A stretch of DNA of 64,000 bases from a bacterium (lineage in GTDB: Bacteria; Krumholzibacteriota; Krumholzibacteriia; LZORAL124-64-63), in assembly GCA_031441465.1 (NCBI GenBank), contig JANOEP010000016.1, positions 64,001 to 128,000 of the forward strand, read 5' to 3'. Shown here one piece after another: positions 9,890 through 20,061 of this stretch. The first letter of the stretch is position 1. Each line of letters starts with the position of its first letter. The notes under the pieces are model-generated. The model was not told the origin of the DNA, searched no databases, and saw only the letters and a program-made list of their open reading frames with translations. Made by a program: the position numbers and the translations under genes.

Positions 9890-10924
9890 TCAGTCGGCGG
9901 CCAGCGCCGGCTTGGGGGCGCGGTCGGCGCCGAACAGCCCCCAGTGCTTCTCGACCTCGTGTGGGTCGTCGCTGCCCTTCCAGTTCTCGTCGAAGGCCTC
10001 GAACCAGAACGAAGCCAGGCGCGCGACCGCGACCCAGGCGCGGTAGCGCCGGAAGAACTCGGTCTGGCTCGCCTCGTCGGTACGGCCCGTGATCAGCCGC
10101 CCCTGGTTCCCCTCGGTCCTGCGGTCGGTCGCCCAGCCGACCTCGCCCAGCGCCAGCGTCGCGCCCGGGTGCGCGGCGCGCACCTCGGCCAGGCGGGCGT
10201 CGAGCCACGGCAGCGCCTCGTCCAGAGAGCGGCCGTTCCACAGCGGATGCGCGTGCAGGGTGACGAAGTCGAGCTCGCGGGCCACCTCGCGGCTGGCGGG
10301 CTCACGCCAGTAGGCGAAATCGTCGGCGGTGCTGACCGGGACCGTCACGGCCGCGCGCACTTGGCGGATCCTGGCGATCAGCGTCGCCGGGGAGCAACGG
10401 TTCCCCGACCAGGACACCTGGGTCTCGTTGCCCACGCACACGGCGAGGACCACGTCGGGGTAGGCGTTGGCCAGTCGGATCGCGGCCGCGCATTCCCGCT
10501 CGTTGGCGTCGGTCTTCTCGGCGTCCGGCGCGCCTTGGTCGCCGTCTCCCCGTTCGGGTTCGATCCACGCGCCCAGCATGACCTTCATGCCCAGGGAATC
10601 GGCGCGGATCGTCGCGAGGACCGTCTCGGCGGTCTCCGCCGCGCCGTAGGTCCGCAGCAAGCGCCACCGCGGCCGCATCAGACGCAGGTCCTCGAGGATC
10701 TGGTCGGCCGCGGGGCCGGGCCCGCCCGGTCTCTGGCCGTCGCGGTGCGGTCCGTAACAGATCGCCTCGCCGATCCAGGCGTCGTCTTCGCAGGGCTGGA
10801 AGGGGCGGATGTCCACGGCAGCCTCCCGTTGCGGGGTGGTGTCGAACGGCGCAGCCATCCCGCCGGCCGCCGGTCCGACAAGGACGAGCGCCGCAGTGGC
10901 CGCGGGGATCACCAGCAACCACAT
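9890..10924 (-). CDS. Secreted GH17-family beta-1,3-glucanase/glucosidase
   Basis: GGAGGT RBS, signal peptide; AICYGP, LRTYG, VGNE (acid/base), GEVGW (nucleophile), FEAFDENWK, EKHWGLF. Confidence 0.85.
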   Translation of the reverse strand: MWLLVIPAATAALVLVGPAAGGMAAPFDTTPQREAAVDIRPFQPCEDDAWIGEAICYGPHRDGQRPGGPGPAADQILEDLRLMRPRWRLLRTYGAAETAETVLATIRADSLGMKVMLGAWIEPERGDGDQGAPDAEKTDANERECAAAIRLANAYPDVVLAVCVGNETQVSWSGNRCSPATLIARIRQVRAAVTVPVSTADDFAYWREPASREVARELDFVTLHAHPLWNGRSLDEALPWLDARLAEVRAAHPGATLALGEVGWATDRRTEGNQGRLITGRTDEASQTEFFRRYRAWVAVARLASFWFEAFDENWKGSDDPHEVEKHWGLFGADRAPKPALAAD

Positions 10925-11097
10925 GATAGCACCTCCGCGGGGAGCGCGATGGCGACGAGGCCGACGACGGGATGGGCGTCCAACGGGCGCGTGCGTTCGA
11001 TGTCGTCCGGAGTCGGCAAAGCGCCGGGTAGGCCCATCATCGCCGGATTCAAACCCAGGCCGACCTTCGCGGGCTGGGACCGATGATGTCCAGCACG

Positions 11098-11120
11098 CTT
11101 TGTACGAGACCCGAACAAAG
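11098..11120. promoter_or_regulatory. Operator copy A (upstream of GH17)
   Basis: CTTTGTACGAGACCCGAACAAAG; matches the 23-bp palindrome found six times in the window. Confidence 0.75.
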
Positions 11121-11254
11121 TACCTGAATCCGAAATGCTGGCCAACAAGTTCCAGGATTTGGAATCTTTTAATGATTTAACTATTCATCTCATTATTTAT
11201 GATACCTGCTAAAAATTAACAATTACTCATTTTTTTTAATCTCGCGAAAATCTA

Positions 11255-11285
11255 CTTGATTCGGTCACCGAACATAGTTTATAAT
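11255..11285 (+). promoter_or_regulatory. Operator copy B overlapping a sigma70 promoter
   Basis: CTTGATTCGGTCACCGAACATAG (11255-11277); -35 TTGATT 11256-11261, 18-nt spacer, -10 TATAAT 11280-11285. Confidence 0.8.
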
Positions 11286-11411
11286 CTCCCCAGTGGAGGA
11301 ACCTTGATACTGTGATGGCAAGATCGTTGACAACCGCACAGGGCGGCGTCCAGGTATCCGGGTATTCCGCGACAACCCCAGGGACAGCACACCTCAAATC
11401 AAGGAGTCGTC

Positions 11412-12104
11412 ATGATGAGGACAAAAGGTAACGTCGCTCTTCGCACACTGTTGGTCCTGCTCGCGCTCGTCTCGTTCGGCACGGCCGTCGCCCAGGCCCA
11501 GACCGACGTCACGGTCGATCCGGCGGCGATCACCTTCGGGTACATGAACGTGTTCGATCTGGGCGGCGCCTTCCTGTGGGGCAGCGGCTGGGGAATCGGC
11601 GATCTGACGGCCGTCTACAGCGGCTCCATCCTGACCCTGGGGCCGAACACGATCGGCGATCCGAACGAGTACTGGTACCAGTGCGTCGGCGGGGTCTCGC
11701 CGCCGAACTGCGGCGGTCCGGGCGCGCCGGGCAACAAGATCATGGAAGCCAACCTCTACGCCCAGGTCGATGGTTCCCTCGCGGGCCAGACCGTGACGTT
11801 CTCCGGCGAGATCCTGTCCAACACCTTGACCAGCGCCCACACGGTCCTGGCCTTCATCAAGGACTTCGCCCCCGACTTCTCGTCGTTCGTGCAGACCACG
11901 GTGGTCCTGTCCGCGCCCGGGCCGTTCAGCGTGACGCAGACCGCCATCAACGATCCGGGCCGCCACGTGCAGTGGGGATTCCAGACCACCGGCGTCAACG
12001 TCTGGGTCACCGACCTGGCTCCCTTCGGAACGATGGTCGTCGGTCCGGAAGGGACGGTCGGCTCGGAGACCATGAGCTGGGGCACGATCAAGGCGCTCTA
12101 CTAG
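11412..12104 (+). CDS. Secreted protein of unknown function with C-terminal SWGTIKALY tail
   Basis: AAGGAG RBS, signal peptide (AQA), aromatic-rich beta domain, ends GTVGSETMSWGTIKALY. Confidence 0.8.
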   Translation: MMRTKGNVALRTLLVLLALVSFGTAVAQAQTDVTVDPAAITFGYMNVFDLGGAFLWGSGWGIGDLTAVYSGSILTLGPNTIGDPNEYWYQCVGGVSPPNCGGPGAPGNKIMEANLYAQVDGSLAGQTVTFSGEILSNTLTSAHTVLAFIKDFAPDFSSFVQTTVVLSAPGPFSVTQTAINDPGRHVQWGFQTTGVNVWVTDLAPFGTMVVGPEGTVGSETMSWGTIKALY

Positions 12105-12144
12105 ACATCTCGCCCGCGTCGTGTCGCGCCGCTGCGCGCAATGA

Positions 12145-12175
12145 AGAGGGGGTCCGGCGGCGCCGGACCCCCTCT
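12145..12175. terminator. Hairpin between convergent genes
   Basis: 14-bp stem AGAGGGGGTCCGGC / GCCGGACCCCCTCT. Confidence 0.7.
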
Positions 12176-12196
12176 CTCGTCCCAGCCGGGGCGCGT

Positions 12197-13819
12197 TCAC
12201 CTGACCAGGGACAGGCCACCGGTTTCGATGAAGTCGTCACCCCGCAGCCGAACCAGGTAGACTCCCGATGGCAGCGCCGATCCCTCGCCGTCGCATCCGT
12301 CCCACTCGACGGCATGCGCCCCGGCCGGGAATCCGCTGCGGACCAGCGTCCGCACGCGCCGGCCCGCCAGGTCGAAGATCTCGAGTTCGACCCGGCCCGC
12401 GCGGTCGAGTTCGAAGCGCAGCGTCGTGGAGGGGTTGAACGGGTTCGGTGAGGCGGGCAGCAGGCGGCCTGCCGCGGTCATGGGCGTGCCGGGGCGGCGG
12501 TCGTCAGGGAGGTCGGTCGCGCCTTCCGGCACGAAGCGGAAGTCGCTGATCACGACCTCCTGGTTCGTCGCCGGCGTGCCCGAGAGCTTCCAGAGGTTCA
12601 GGTGTGTCCGCGGCTGCTCGGGACGCGGGATGTGTGGGCCGGTGTAGGTCCAGGCGTGGATCAGGTTCCCGGCCGACTCGTCCTGCGGCCCGCCGCGCCA
12701 GACGCGGAATTCGACGCGGTCGGGCAGCCAGCGCATCGCGTGGCTGGTGACCTCGCCGACGGCGAACGTGGCGTCGAAGCGGGTCAGGTTGCCGCTCCAG
12801 TCCCAGGGCTGGGCCACGAATTGCCCGATACCCTGCGAGGGGACGCCCCAGCGGCCGTACTCGATGTCGATCTCGTTGAACGCGTTCCACCAGAGGTAGC
12901 CCTCGTCCCAGCAGGGGCCGTACTCCCACAGGAACAGACCGAGCACGACCTGGGGATCGAGCAGGTCGAGCCGGCCGACCGTCGTCACCACGTAGTCGCC
13001 GTAGCCGAGCGCCGCCTCGGCGGCGACCTCGGTGCAGTACCAGTTGCTGCCGACCCTCTGCGCCGTCAGGTGCAGGGCCCCGGCCGCATCGACCCAGACG
13101 CTCGCCTGGGAGTCGCTGAAGAGGTTGCCGCCGGGGCCGTAGTAGCCCGGGCCCTTGACGCGCCAGAGGCGGCCGGCGAAATCCAGGGTCCTGCCTCCGG
13201 GGAAGTCGTTCCACTGCACGTCGTCGATCGTCGGCGCGGCGGTGGAATAGAACGTGACCTGGTCGTAGTAGACGTCGGGCGAGGGATCGGAAGGGCTCTG
13301 CAGCACACCGAGCAGCAGGCGGGCCGTGGCGGAGCCCGCCGGCGCCGGCCCAGCCGTCAGCGCGAAGGGGAGGTACGCGTCGGTCGCACTGCTCGCGGTG
13401 GCGACGGTGTTGGAGTCGTAGTCGATCAGGCTACCGGCGCTGTCGCGCCATTCCACGTTGACCAGGGCGAGGCACGCTCCGGTCAGGGGCCTTTGCGACG
13501 GGACCAGCACGTTGCCGGCCACTTCGAACGACTCGCCCGCGGTGCAGGTTTGCGCCTGCCAGTAGCCGGATACGTCCCAGCCGCCGGCGTTGGGTCCCCG
13601 CACGCGCGCGGCCTTGTGGCCGTGGCTGGCGATCGTCGAGAGCCCGACCGAACCGAACTGGTTCCAGCCGCCGAAGACGACGCCGGCCGAGCCGGCGACC
13701 TCGAAGCTGGGGTTGGCCAGGATGCACTGGGCAGGCGCGGCGCCGGCGAGCGCCGCCACCATGACCAGGGCGAGGAGCGGGGCGCGGGCGGGCGCCGGCA
13801 GCGATGGCTTGGGATGCAC
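12197..13819 (-). CDS. Secreted GH16-type glycoside hydrolase with N-terminal CBM-like module and C-terminal FlgD-Ig domain
   Basis: GTG start after AGGAG; signal peptide; NPSFE CBM-like start; catalytic NEIDIE; PNPFNP...WDG tail. Confidence 0.75.
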   Translation of the reverse strand: MHPKPSLPAPARAPLLALVMVAALAGAAPAQCILANPSFEVAGSAGVVFGGWNQFGSVGLSTIASHGHKAARVRGPNAGGWDVSGYWQAQTCTAGESFEVAGNVLVPSQRPLTGACLALVNVEWRDSAGSLIDYDSNTVATASSATDAYLPFALTAGPAPAGSATARLLLGVLQSPSDPSPDVYYDQVTFYSTAAPTIDDVQWNDFPGGRTLDFAGRLWRVKGPGYYGPGGNLFSDSQASVWVDAAGALHLTAQRVGSNWYCTEVAAEAALGYGDYVVTTVGRLDLLDPQVVLGLFLWEYGPCWDEGYLWWNAFNEIDIEYGRWGVPSQGIGQFVAQPWDWSGNLTRFDATFAVGEVTSHAMRWLPDRVEFRVWRGGPQDESAGNLIHAWTYTGPHIPRPEQPRTHLNLWKLSGTPATNQEVVISDFRFVPEGATDLPDDRRPGTPMTAAGRLLPASPNPFNPSTTLRFELDRAGRVELEIFDLAGRRVRTLVRSGFPAGAHAVEWDGCDGEGSALPSGVYLVRLRGDDFIETGGLSLVR

Positions 13820-13875
13820 GGTCGGCTCCTGGTGCGGGTCCGGTCGCGACGGACCGCCGGCTGATGCCGCAGGCA

Positions 13876-16800
13876 TCAAGCCGGGCGCGGCACGGCGACA
13901 TCGACCTCGATGAGTGCGACCCGGCCGCTGCGGGCGAACAGCTCGGCGCTCGTGGCCGGGGACAGCCCGTCGCCGTCTTGCCGGGACGACGAGCCGTCGG
14001 CGAACGCGATGCGCAGATGCGGCGGCCCGTCGTTCCGGGTATACACGACCGGCACCTGGCAGTAGGTGAACGCCAACTGGCCGGCCGACAGGGAGATGGT
14101 CTGCTCGCGCCCTTCCACATCGTAATACCGGAAGGCAGAAGGCTGCGCGAGGAACTCGTCACTCCGCAGCAGGCGTGGACGGAAGCGCACGGCGCCCGCG
14201 GACACGCGCACGCCCAACTCGCCGAACCTGGCCAGGATCTCCTCCTTCACCTGACCGGTCATTCCCGGCTGCTTGGCGCCGCCGTGGGCCGGGGTGTGCG
14301 AATAGGGGTCGGTCGGGAAGGCGCCGAACTCCGCGACGCTCTTCTCGGGGCCGAGGCCGGCGCGGATGCGGAAGTAGGCCGCGGCCAGGCCGTCGCGGAT
14401 CGCGGCCGGCGCGTTGTCGCGCTCGGCTGTCAGGGCAGCCGCCTGGGTCGCCAGCAGGAGCTTCGCGACCATGTGCCAGTAGATGCAGCCCAACCCCTCG
14501 TAACCGTACATCACGCCGGAGCGCCCGGTGTAGGAGCGGTGGCTGAACACGCGTTCGTAAAGCTCGCGCACGGCCTCGCGATCGCGGGCGACGGCCCCGG
14601 CCCGGCCCGGGCGCTCGGCCAGCGCGTCGAGCGCCGCTTCGAGGTCGTGTTCGTTGCGCAGGCCGGCGGCGAAGCGGATGGCGCCGTCGGCGTCGCGGGC
14701 GACCAGCGCGCCGTCGCCGGCGGCGAGCGACTCCCGCAGCAGGGGCACCGCCTCCGCTAGGTCGCCCGGCACGAGGTTGCGCGCCAGGAATCCCGGCAGC
14801 TCGCGTTCCGGGTACAGCAGGAAGCTGCGGCGATCCGGGCGGTAGAGGTCGCTGGCGAACAGCTGCTCGATCACCGCGAGCGAGGCGGCCGGGTCCAGCG
14901 CGCCCGAATCGAGCGCGGCGACCTGCCCCTCGAGCATCACCGGCAGGCGACCCACCTCGACCCGGGAACCGTCGGGGGAGAAGTGCAGCAGGTTGTAGCC
15001 GTGGAACAGGCCGTCGTCGCGTCGGTTGGCCGCGATGCTGCGTTCCGTCCAGGCCAGGGCGGTACGGCACAGGCGGGCGGCGCGCGCCGGCGCGAGGCCG
15101 ATGTCGCCGTTCAGCCCGCCCGCGTATGCCGCCCGGCGGTAGTCGTCGAAGGCGCCGCCGAGACGGTCCAGCAGCCGCTTGCGGTCGCGCGGGTCGAGCG
15201 GGCCCGCGCCGGATGGGAGCGCTTCCTCCTCGAAGACCTGCGCGAGGCCGTCGAACCAGGCGGCGATCTCGGCCGCGACGGGCAGTTCGGTCTCGCCGGC
15301 CGCCGCGAAGCGTTCGGCGAGGAAAGCCAGGTAGCGTCTCAGGTGGCAGAGCGTGACCACCGAGACGCCGCCGCCGGCCAGCGCGTTGTTGGCGTCGTTC
15401 CACTCCGGTCGCTGCGTGTTCATCCAGATGCCGGCGTCGGGAACCAGGTTCGACAGCTTGGACAGCGCGGGCACCAGCAGCTTCTCGAACAGGTTCGCGC
15501 GGCGGACCGCGCCGTCCCCGCTGCGCAGCAGCTTGCCGTCGGTGCCGATCGCGGCGACGCGCGCCCCGATCCGCGCCGCGAGCTCCGTGTCGAACTCGAT
15601 CGTGTCGCACGGGTTCTTCAGGATCTCGGCGTAGGGCCTGATGCGGTACGGCACCTCGACGTAGGTGTAGATCCGGTCGCCGAGCGCCGCGCCGAACGCC
15701 GCGGGCTCGTGGCGGTGCCAGAGTTCGAGCAGGCGCAGCAGGTAGACCACCTGGTGATCGCCCCAGTAGCCGATGTTGCTCCAGGAATCCGACGGCGTGA
15801 CGGTCTCCCAGTCCACGCCGTCGCGGGAGATGCGGAACGGGTTGAAGCCGTCGACCGTCGATGCGTTGACGAACTTGGCGACGACGTTCGGCAGGAAGCC
15901 GGGATAGGAGACGCAGAGTGCCTCCCAGTTCTGGAAGATGTCCCGCCAGTTGCCCTCGTAGCCCAGCGATCGGGCCCCGCCGTGGCCCCGCGCGCGGATC
16001 GAGAACGTGTTCCAGGGCCGGCTCGGGTCGCCGTGGCGGCGCCCGAAGTGCAGGGGCAGGTACTCCAGGGCGTACCGCGCGAGGTCGGGGTCGCCGGAGG
16101 CGACGGCCGCCGCGCGCAGCTCGCGGATCGACGGCGTCTCGGGCAGGGCGTCGAGCAACCCGCGCCGGCGCGCGGCGACCCTGCGGTCGCGGGCGAGCAC
16201 GAAGGTGGCGAAATCGTCGGTGGGAGCCGTCTCGTTCCGCCAGAAGACGCCGCCGCGCATGTTGTTGAACAGGACGTTCGCGAAGTGGTGGGCCCAGGCC
16301 TCGGGACGACCGGTGGCCTGCAGGCCGTCGGCGGCGGCGACGATCCGCCGCAGACCATCGCCGGCCCGGTCCAGCGCCGCGGCGACGCGGGCGTCCAGGT
16401 CCGATTCCTCGCGCAGCAGGCCCCGCAGGGCCGCGACCGCGACGTGGTCGCGGCCGGTGTCGCAGACCAGGCGCCAGCGCACCGCGGCGCCCGGACCCAG
16501 CTTCAGGCTCGCGCCGACCAGGTAGTTGCCGCGGACGCCGTTGAGCGTCGTGTCGGCGGCGGCGGCGCGGCCGCGGCGGAAGTCATCGAGCGCCCGGCGC
16601 GACAGGTGGCGGCGGCTTCCCGCGAGCCCGCAGCACCAGACGACGTTGGCTCTCAGCGATTCGAGAGCTTCGGCCCGGTCGGTGATGCCGGCGGTCAGCG
16701 AGAACACTCCCAGGCCCGTGGCGGGATCGATCTCGGACTTCTTGTAGGCGTCGATCAGGTTCGGCGTCTGCTGGTACAGGCTCAGCGGCGCCCCGTGAGG

Positions 16801-17358
16801 CAGCACGTTGAGCAAGCCGTCCAGCAGGTCCAGGCGCCGGGTCGCGCCGCTCCGGTTCTCCAGCGTGGCGGTGCGCACCCACCCGAACTCGTCGCAGCCG
16901 GCCCACTCGTGGCGGAACGCCAGGCCGAGCGCGTGATCGATCTCCTCGAAGACGAGGCGCGTGCCGGCGGCGTTCTTGTAGAGGTTCCTCTCGACCTGCG
17001 CCTCGCCGGCGCGGTCGGTGAACGGTTCCCACAGGGTCGTCGCCGCTTCGGCGGACGCCAGCCGGATCAGCGTGCGGGGACCGGTGTGGTGGTGGGCGTC
17101 GTGCAGCTCGTCGGCCGTCACGTAGGGGAACAACGCTCCGTCCGGGTCGATCCGGCCCGCGGTCAGACCACCGCGCGAAGAGACGAACAGCCACAGGTCG
17201 GCGTCGTTGGCCAGGGTCATCAGGAAGGGTTCGAGGCGGTCGTAGGCCGCGATGCGATAGAACTGCTCCCCGTCGAGCGTGACGAAGCCGCCCGTGGGCG
17301 CCGACGACGGGAGCGCCGGCGGGGTCAGGGGATGTGCGGGCGCCGGCTTACCCTCCAT
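13876..17358 (-). CDS. GH149-type beta-1,3-glucan phosphorylase (cytoplasmic)
   Basis: 1160 aa, no signal peptide; RRHGDPSRPWN, YEGNWRDIFQNWE, IGYWGDHQ, PEWNDANNAL, YEGLGCIYWHM, GAFPTDPYSHTP, QPGMTGQVKE, recalled as GH149 motifs. Confidence 0.8.
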   Translation of the reverse strand: MEGKPAPAHPLTPPALPSSAPTGGFVTLDGEQFYRIAAYDRLEPFLMTLANDADLWLFVSSRGGLTAGRIDPDGALFPYVTADELHDAHHHTGPRTLIRLASAEAATTLWEPFTDRAGEAQVERNLYKNAAGTRLVFEEIDHALGLAFRHEWAGCDEFGWVRTATLENRSGATRRLDLLDGLLNVLPHGAPLSLYQQTPNLIDAYKKSEIDPATGLGVFSLTAGITDRAEALESLRANVVWCCGLAGSRRHLSRRALDDFRRGRAAAADTTLNGVRGNYLVGASLKLGPGAAVRWRLVCDTGRDHVAVAALRGLLREESDLDARVAAALDRAGDGLRRIVAAADGLQATGRPEAWAHHFANVLFNNMRGGVFWRNETAPTDDFATFVLARDRRVAARRRGLLDALPETPSIRELRAAAVASGDPDLARYALEYLPLHFGRRHGDPSRPWNTFSIRARGHGGARSLGYEGNWRDIFQNWEALCVSYPGFLPNVVAKFVNASTVDGFNPFRISRDGVDWETVTPSDSWSNIGYWGDHQVVYLLRLLELWHRHEPAAFGAALGDRIYTYVEVPYRIRPYAEILKNPCDTIEFDTELAARIGARVAAIGTDGKLLRSGDGAVRRANLFEKLLVPALSKLSNLVPDAGIWMNTQRPEWNDANNALAGGGVSVVTLCHLRRYLAFLAERFAAAGETELPVAAEIAAWFDGLAQVFEEEALPSGAGPLDPRDRKRLLDRLGGAFDDYRRAAYAGGLNGDIGLAPARAARLCRTALAWTERSIAANRRDDGLFHGYNLLHFSPDGSRVEVGRLPVMLEGQVAALDSGALDPAASLAVIEQLFASDLYRPDRRSFLLYPERELPGFLARNLVPGDLAEAVPLLRESLAAGDGALVARDADGAIRFAAGLRNEHDLEAALDALAERPGRAGAVARDREAVRELYERVFSHRSYTGRSGVMYGYEGLGCIYWHMVAKLLLATQAAALTAERDNAPAAIRDGLAAAYFRIRAGLGPEKSVAEFGAFPTDPYSHTPAHGGAKQPGMTGQVKEEILARFGELGVRVSAGAVRFRPRLLRSDEFLAQPSAFRYYDVEGREQTISLSAGQLAFTYCQVPVVYTRNDGPPHLRIAFADGSSSRQDGDGLSPATSAELFARSGRVALIEVDVAVPRPA

Positions 17359-17460
17359 GCTTCGCCTGCCTGACGTTGTGTTGCGTGTTCACGGAGGCTC
17401 CGATTCGCTTGAGGGTGGGAGGGGGACGGCGGCGTCCGCCCCCCTCCGCGACCGCGCAGG

Positions 17461-18432
17461 CTATTTCACCAGGGTCATGCTGCGGGACACGTCGCCGGCC
17501 ACCGTCTTCAGGACGCAGCGGTACTGCCCGGCCGGGGCGGCCCGGCCGTTGCCGTCGCGTCCGTCCCAGACCGCGCTGTGCCCGCCGGCGGCGAACATGC
17601 CGTCCGCCAGCACGGCGATGCGGCGGCCGCCGAGGTCGTACACCGCGATCTCGACCGGGCCGGCGGCGTCCAGTGCGAACTCGATCCGCGTGGACGGGTT
17701 GAACGGATTGGGATGGTTCTGCGCGAGCCTGACGCCGGGCAGCGTCGCGGCGGGCGCGGCGGTGGAGTTGTCCAGGTGGAAGTCCACGTTGTCGTAGAAG
17801 ATGCCCGAGGGCTCGAACAGCGTCACGAGGTTCATGAAACCGAACTGAAACAGCTGGCCGACCAGCCCGGCGTCGATCGTGAGCGAGACCTGGTAGCCGC
17901 CCCAGGTCGCGGGGATCGCGGTCATGTCGGCGGTCACGAAGTTGGTCATCGCGTAGCCGTTGGCGGGGTCGATGGTCTTGATGAACGCCAGAGCCGTCGA
18001 GCCGCCGCCGAGGTTGCCCATCTTGGCCTGGAACGCGAAGACCCAGGTGTCGCCGACGTCGCCGGCGACGATCGTCTGTTCCTTGAAGATGTTCGCCTGG
18101 ATCCAGTTGCCGCCGCCCTGGGCCTGGTTCTGGTAGTCGCCGTAGACCGACAGCTGCCTGCTGCCCTGATCGACGCCGCCCTCGCCGGTCGCGATCGCGC
18201 AGAACGCGGCGCCGTCGTTGGGAGCGGGGTAGGGGCCGTAACCGTACATCCAGACCATCGACGGATTGAAGGCGTTGCCGTAGACCAGCCAGCCGTCGCC
18301 GATCAGTCGCCCGACCGCCGGCAGGGGCATGCCCTCGAATGTCTGGGTGTAGGGAGTGAGCGCTTGGCTGACCCCGGAGAGCAGGCAGAGCAGAGCCGCT
18401 GCCGCAACGATCGTGGTGACTTTGGTTTTCAT
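17461..18432 (-). CDS. Secreted protein with uncharacterised beta domain and C-terminal FlgD-Ig domain
   Basis: GAGG RBS, signal peptide MKTKVTTIVAAAALLCLLSGVSQA; no catalytic motif recognised; NHPNPFNP...WDG tail. Confidence 0.8.
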   Translation of the reverse strand: MKTKVTTIVAAAALLCLLSGVSQALTPYTQTFEGMPLPAVGRLIGDGWLVYGNAFNPSMVWMYGYGPYPAPNDGAAFCAIATGEGGVDQGSRQLSVYGDYQNQAQGGGNWIQANIFKEQTIVAGDVGDTWVFAFQAKMGNLGGGSTALAFIKTIDPANGYAMTNFVTADMTAIPATWGGYQVSLTIDAGLVGQLFQFGFMNLVTLFEPSGIFYDNVDFHLDNSTAAPAATLPGVRLAQNHPNPFNPSTRIEFALDAAGPVEIAVYDLGGRRIAVLADGMFAAGGHSAVWDGRDGNGRAAPAGQYRCVLKTVAGDVSRSMTLVK

Positions 18433-18551
18433 CTCGACAACCTCTCGTTGAAGACGGCTCCCGCACCTGCGGACCGCGTCAGGTCGACCGCGGCGGGCGA
18501 TGGCGGCGATGCGCCCGCCTGCGCGGATTCCTGCCTTGACAGGGCCTCCAG

Positions 18552-18583
18552 TATCATACACTATGTTCGGAGTCCGAACAAAG
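18552..18583. promoter_or_regulatory. Operator copy C between divergent operons
   Basis: CTATGTTCGGAGTCCGAACAAAG (18561-18583); minus strand reads TTGTTC...TG-TATGAT; TTGACA on plus strand at 18536-18541. Confidence 0.8.
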
Positions 18584-18673
18584 ATTTTTTTCTGGGTTGT
18601 CCGGGGGCTTGCCTGATGACCGGGCGCGGTCGGAAACTCCGGTGGACCACGGCGTGAGGGGAGTCGAAGGACC

Positions 18674-20050
18674 ATGACCCTCCATCGTTTTCCTGAGGGA
18701 TTCCTCTGGGGTGTCGCCACCTCCGCCCAGCAGATCGAGGGCGCGCGTCGCGACGACGGTCGCGGCGACTCCATCTGGGACCGCTTCGCCGACACGCCCG
18801 GAAAGATCGCCGACGGCGCCGACCCCGGCGTGGCCTGCGACCACTACCACCGTTGGCGCGAGGACATCGATCTCATGCAGCGGATGGGCCTGAACGCCTA
18901 CCGCTTCTCGATCGCCTGGCCGCGGATCCTGCCCGAGGGCCGCGGGACCGTCAACGCTGCCGGCCTCGGCTTCTACGATGCGCTGATCGACGCGCTGCTG
19001 GAGGCCGGGCTCGAACCTCTGCCGACGCTCTACCACTGGGATCTGCCCCAGGCCCTGCAGGACCGCGGCGGCTGGTCGTCTCGCGACACGGTCGATGACT
19101 TCGCCGACTATGCGTCGGCGGTCGCGCGGCGCCTCGGCGACCGGGTCCGCTGGTGGACCACCCACAACGAACCCTGGTGCGTGGCGACGCTCGGCCACGA
19201 GGAGGGGCATCACGCGCCCGGCCACGCCGATCCGGCCGAGGCCCTGCGCGTCGCGCACCACCTGCTGCTCTCGCACGCACGCGCGTCGGCGATGATCCGC
19301 CGCGATGCGCCCGGCGCCGAGGTCGGGCTGGTGACGAACTACTGCCCCGCCCACCCGGCCACCGACAGCGAGGCCGATGGCGACGCCGCCCGCTGGTTCG
19401 ACGGCTTCTTCAACCGCTGGTACCTGGATCCCCTGTTCTGCGGGGAGTATCCGGCGGACGCCGTCGCCGACCGCATCGCCGCCGGCCACCTCGCCGGTCC
19501 GGAGTTGCCGTTCGTGCGGGACGGCGACCTCGCCGCCATCTCGCAGCCGCTCTCGTTCCTCGGTATCAACTACTACAGCCGCGTCGTGATGCGCGCGGGA
19601 GCGGACGGCCGCCGCGAGGCGGTGCCGCCGGCGCCGCCGGCGGCGGTCACGGACATGGGCTGGGAGGTACGGCCCGAATGTCTGCACGAGAGCCTGCTGC
19701 GCCTCACGCGCGACTACGCGCCGCGCCGGCTCCTGATCACCGAGAACGGTGCGGCCTACGACGATCCGCCGGGCCCGGACGGCCGCATCGCCGACGCCCG
19801 CCGGATCGATTACCTGCGCGGCCACCTGCTGGCCGCCCAGCGGGCGATCGCGGATGGCGTGCCCCTGCAGGGGTACTTCGCCTGGTCGCTGCTGGACAAC
19901 TTCGAGTGGAGCTTCGGCTACCGCATGAAGTTCGGGCTCCACGCGGTCGATCCGCGGACCCTGGCGCGTCTGCCCAAGGACAGCGCCGTCTGGTACGCGG
20001 ATACCGTCTCAGCCAACGCCGTCGAAGACAACCTCCCGTCCACCGGATAA
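18674..20050 (+). CDS. GH1 beta-glucosidase (cytoplasmic)
   Basis: FLWGVATSAQQIEG, YRFSIAWPRI, TLYHWDLP, THNEP, ITENG, WSLLDNFEW. Confidence 0.95.
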   Translation: MTLHRFPEGFLWGVATSAQQIEGARRDDGRGDSIWDRFADTPGKIADGADPGVACDHYHRWREDIDLMQRMGLNAYRFSIAWPRILPEGRGTVNAAGLGFYDALIDALLEAGLEPLPTLYHWDLPQALQDRGGWSSRDTVDDFADYASAVARRLGDRVRWWTTHNEPWCVATLGHEEGHHAPGHADPAEALRVAHHLLLSHARASAMIRRDAPGAEVGLVTNYCPAHPATDSEADGDAARWFDGFFNRWYLDPLFCGEYPADAVADRIAAGHLAGPELPFVRDGDLAAISQPLSFLGINYYSRVVMRAGADGRREAVPPAPPAAVTDMGWEVRPECLHESLLRLTRDYAPRRLLITENGAAYDDPPGPDGRIADARRIDYLRGHLLAAQRAIADGVPLQGYFAWSLLDNFEWSFGYRMKFGLHAVDPRTLARLPKDSAVWYADTVSANAVEDNLPSTG

Positions 20051-20061
20051 AGGAGACTCCC

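Noticed and set aside
17418..17447. GC hairpin between the secreted FlgD-Ig gene and the phosphorylase as a terminator
   Set aside because: Imperfect stem with no U-tract on the minus strand; more likely an intercistronic stabiliser, so it was not called.
19153..20061. N-terminal extension making the GH-barrel protein 1368 aa
   Set aside because: Overlaps GH1 in another frame and is low-complexity; AAGGAG RBS, GTG at 20062 and a signal peptide give the real start.
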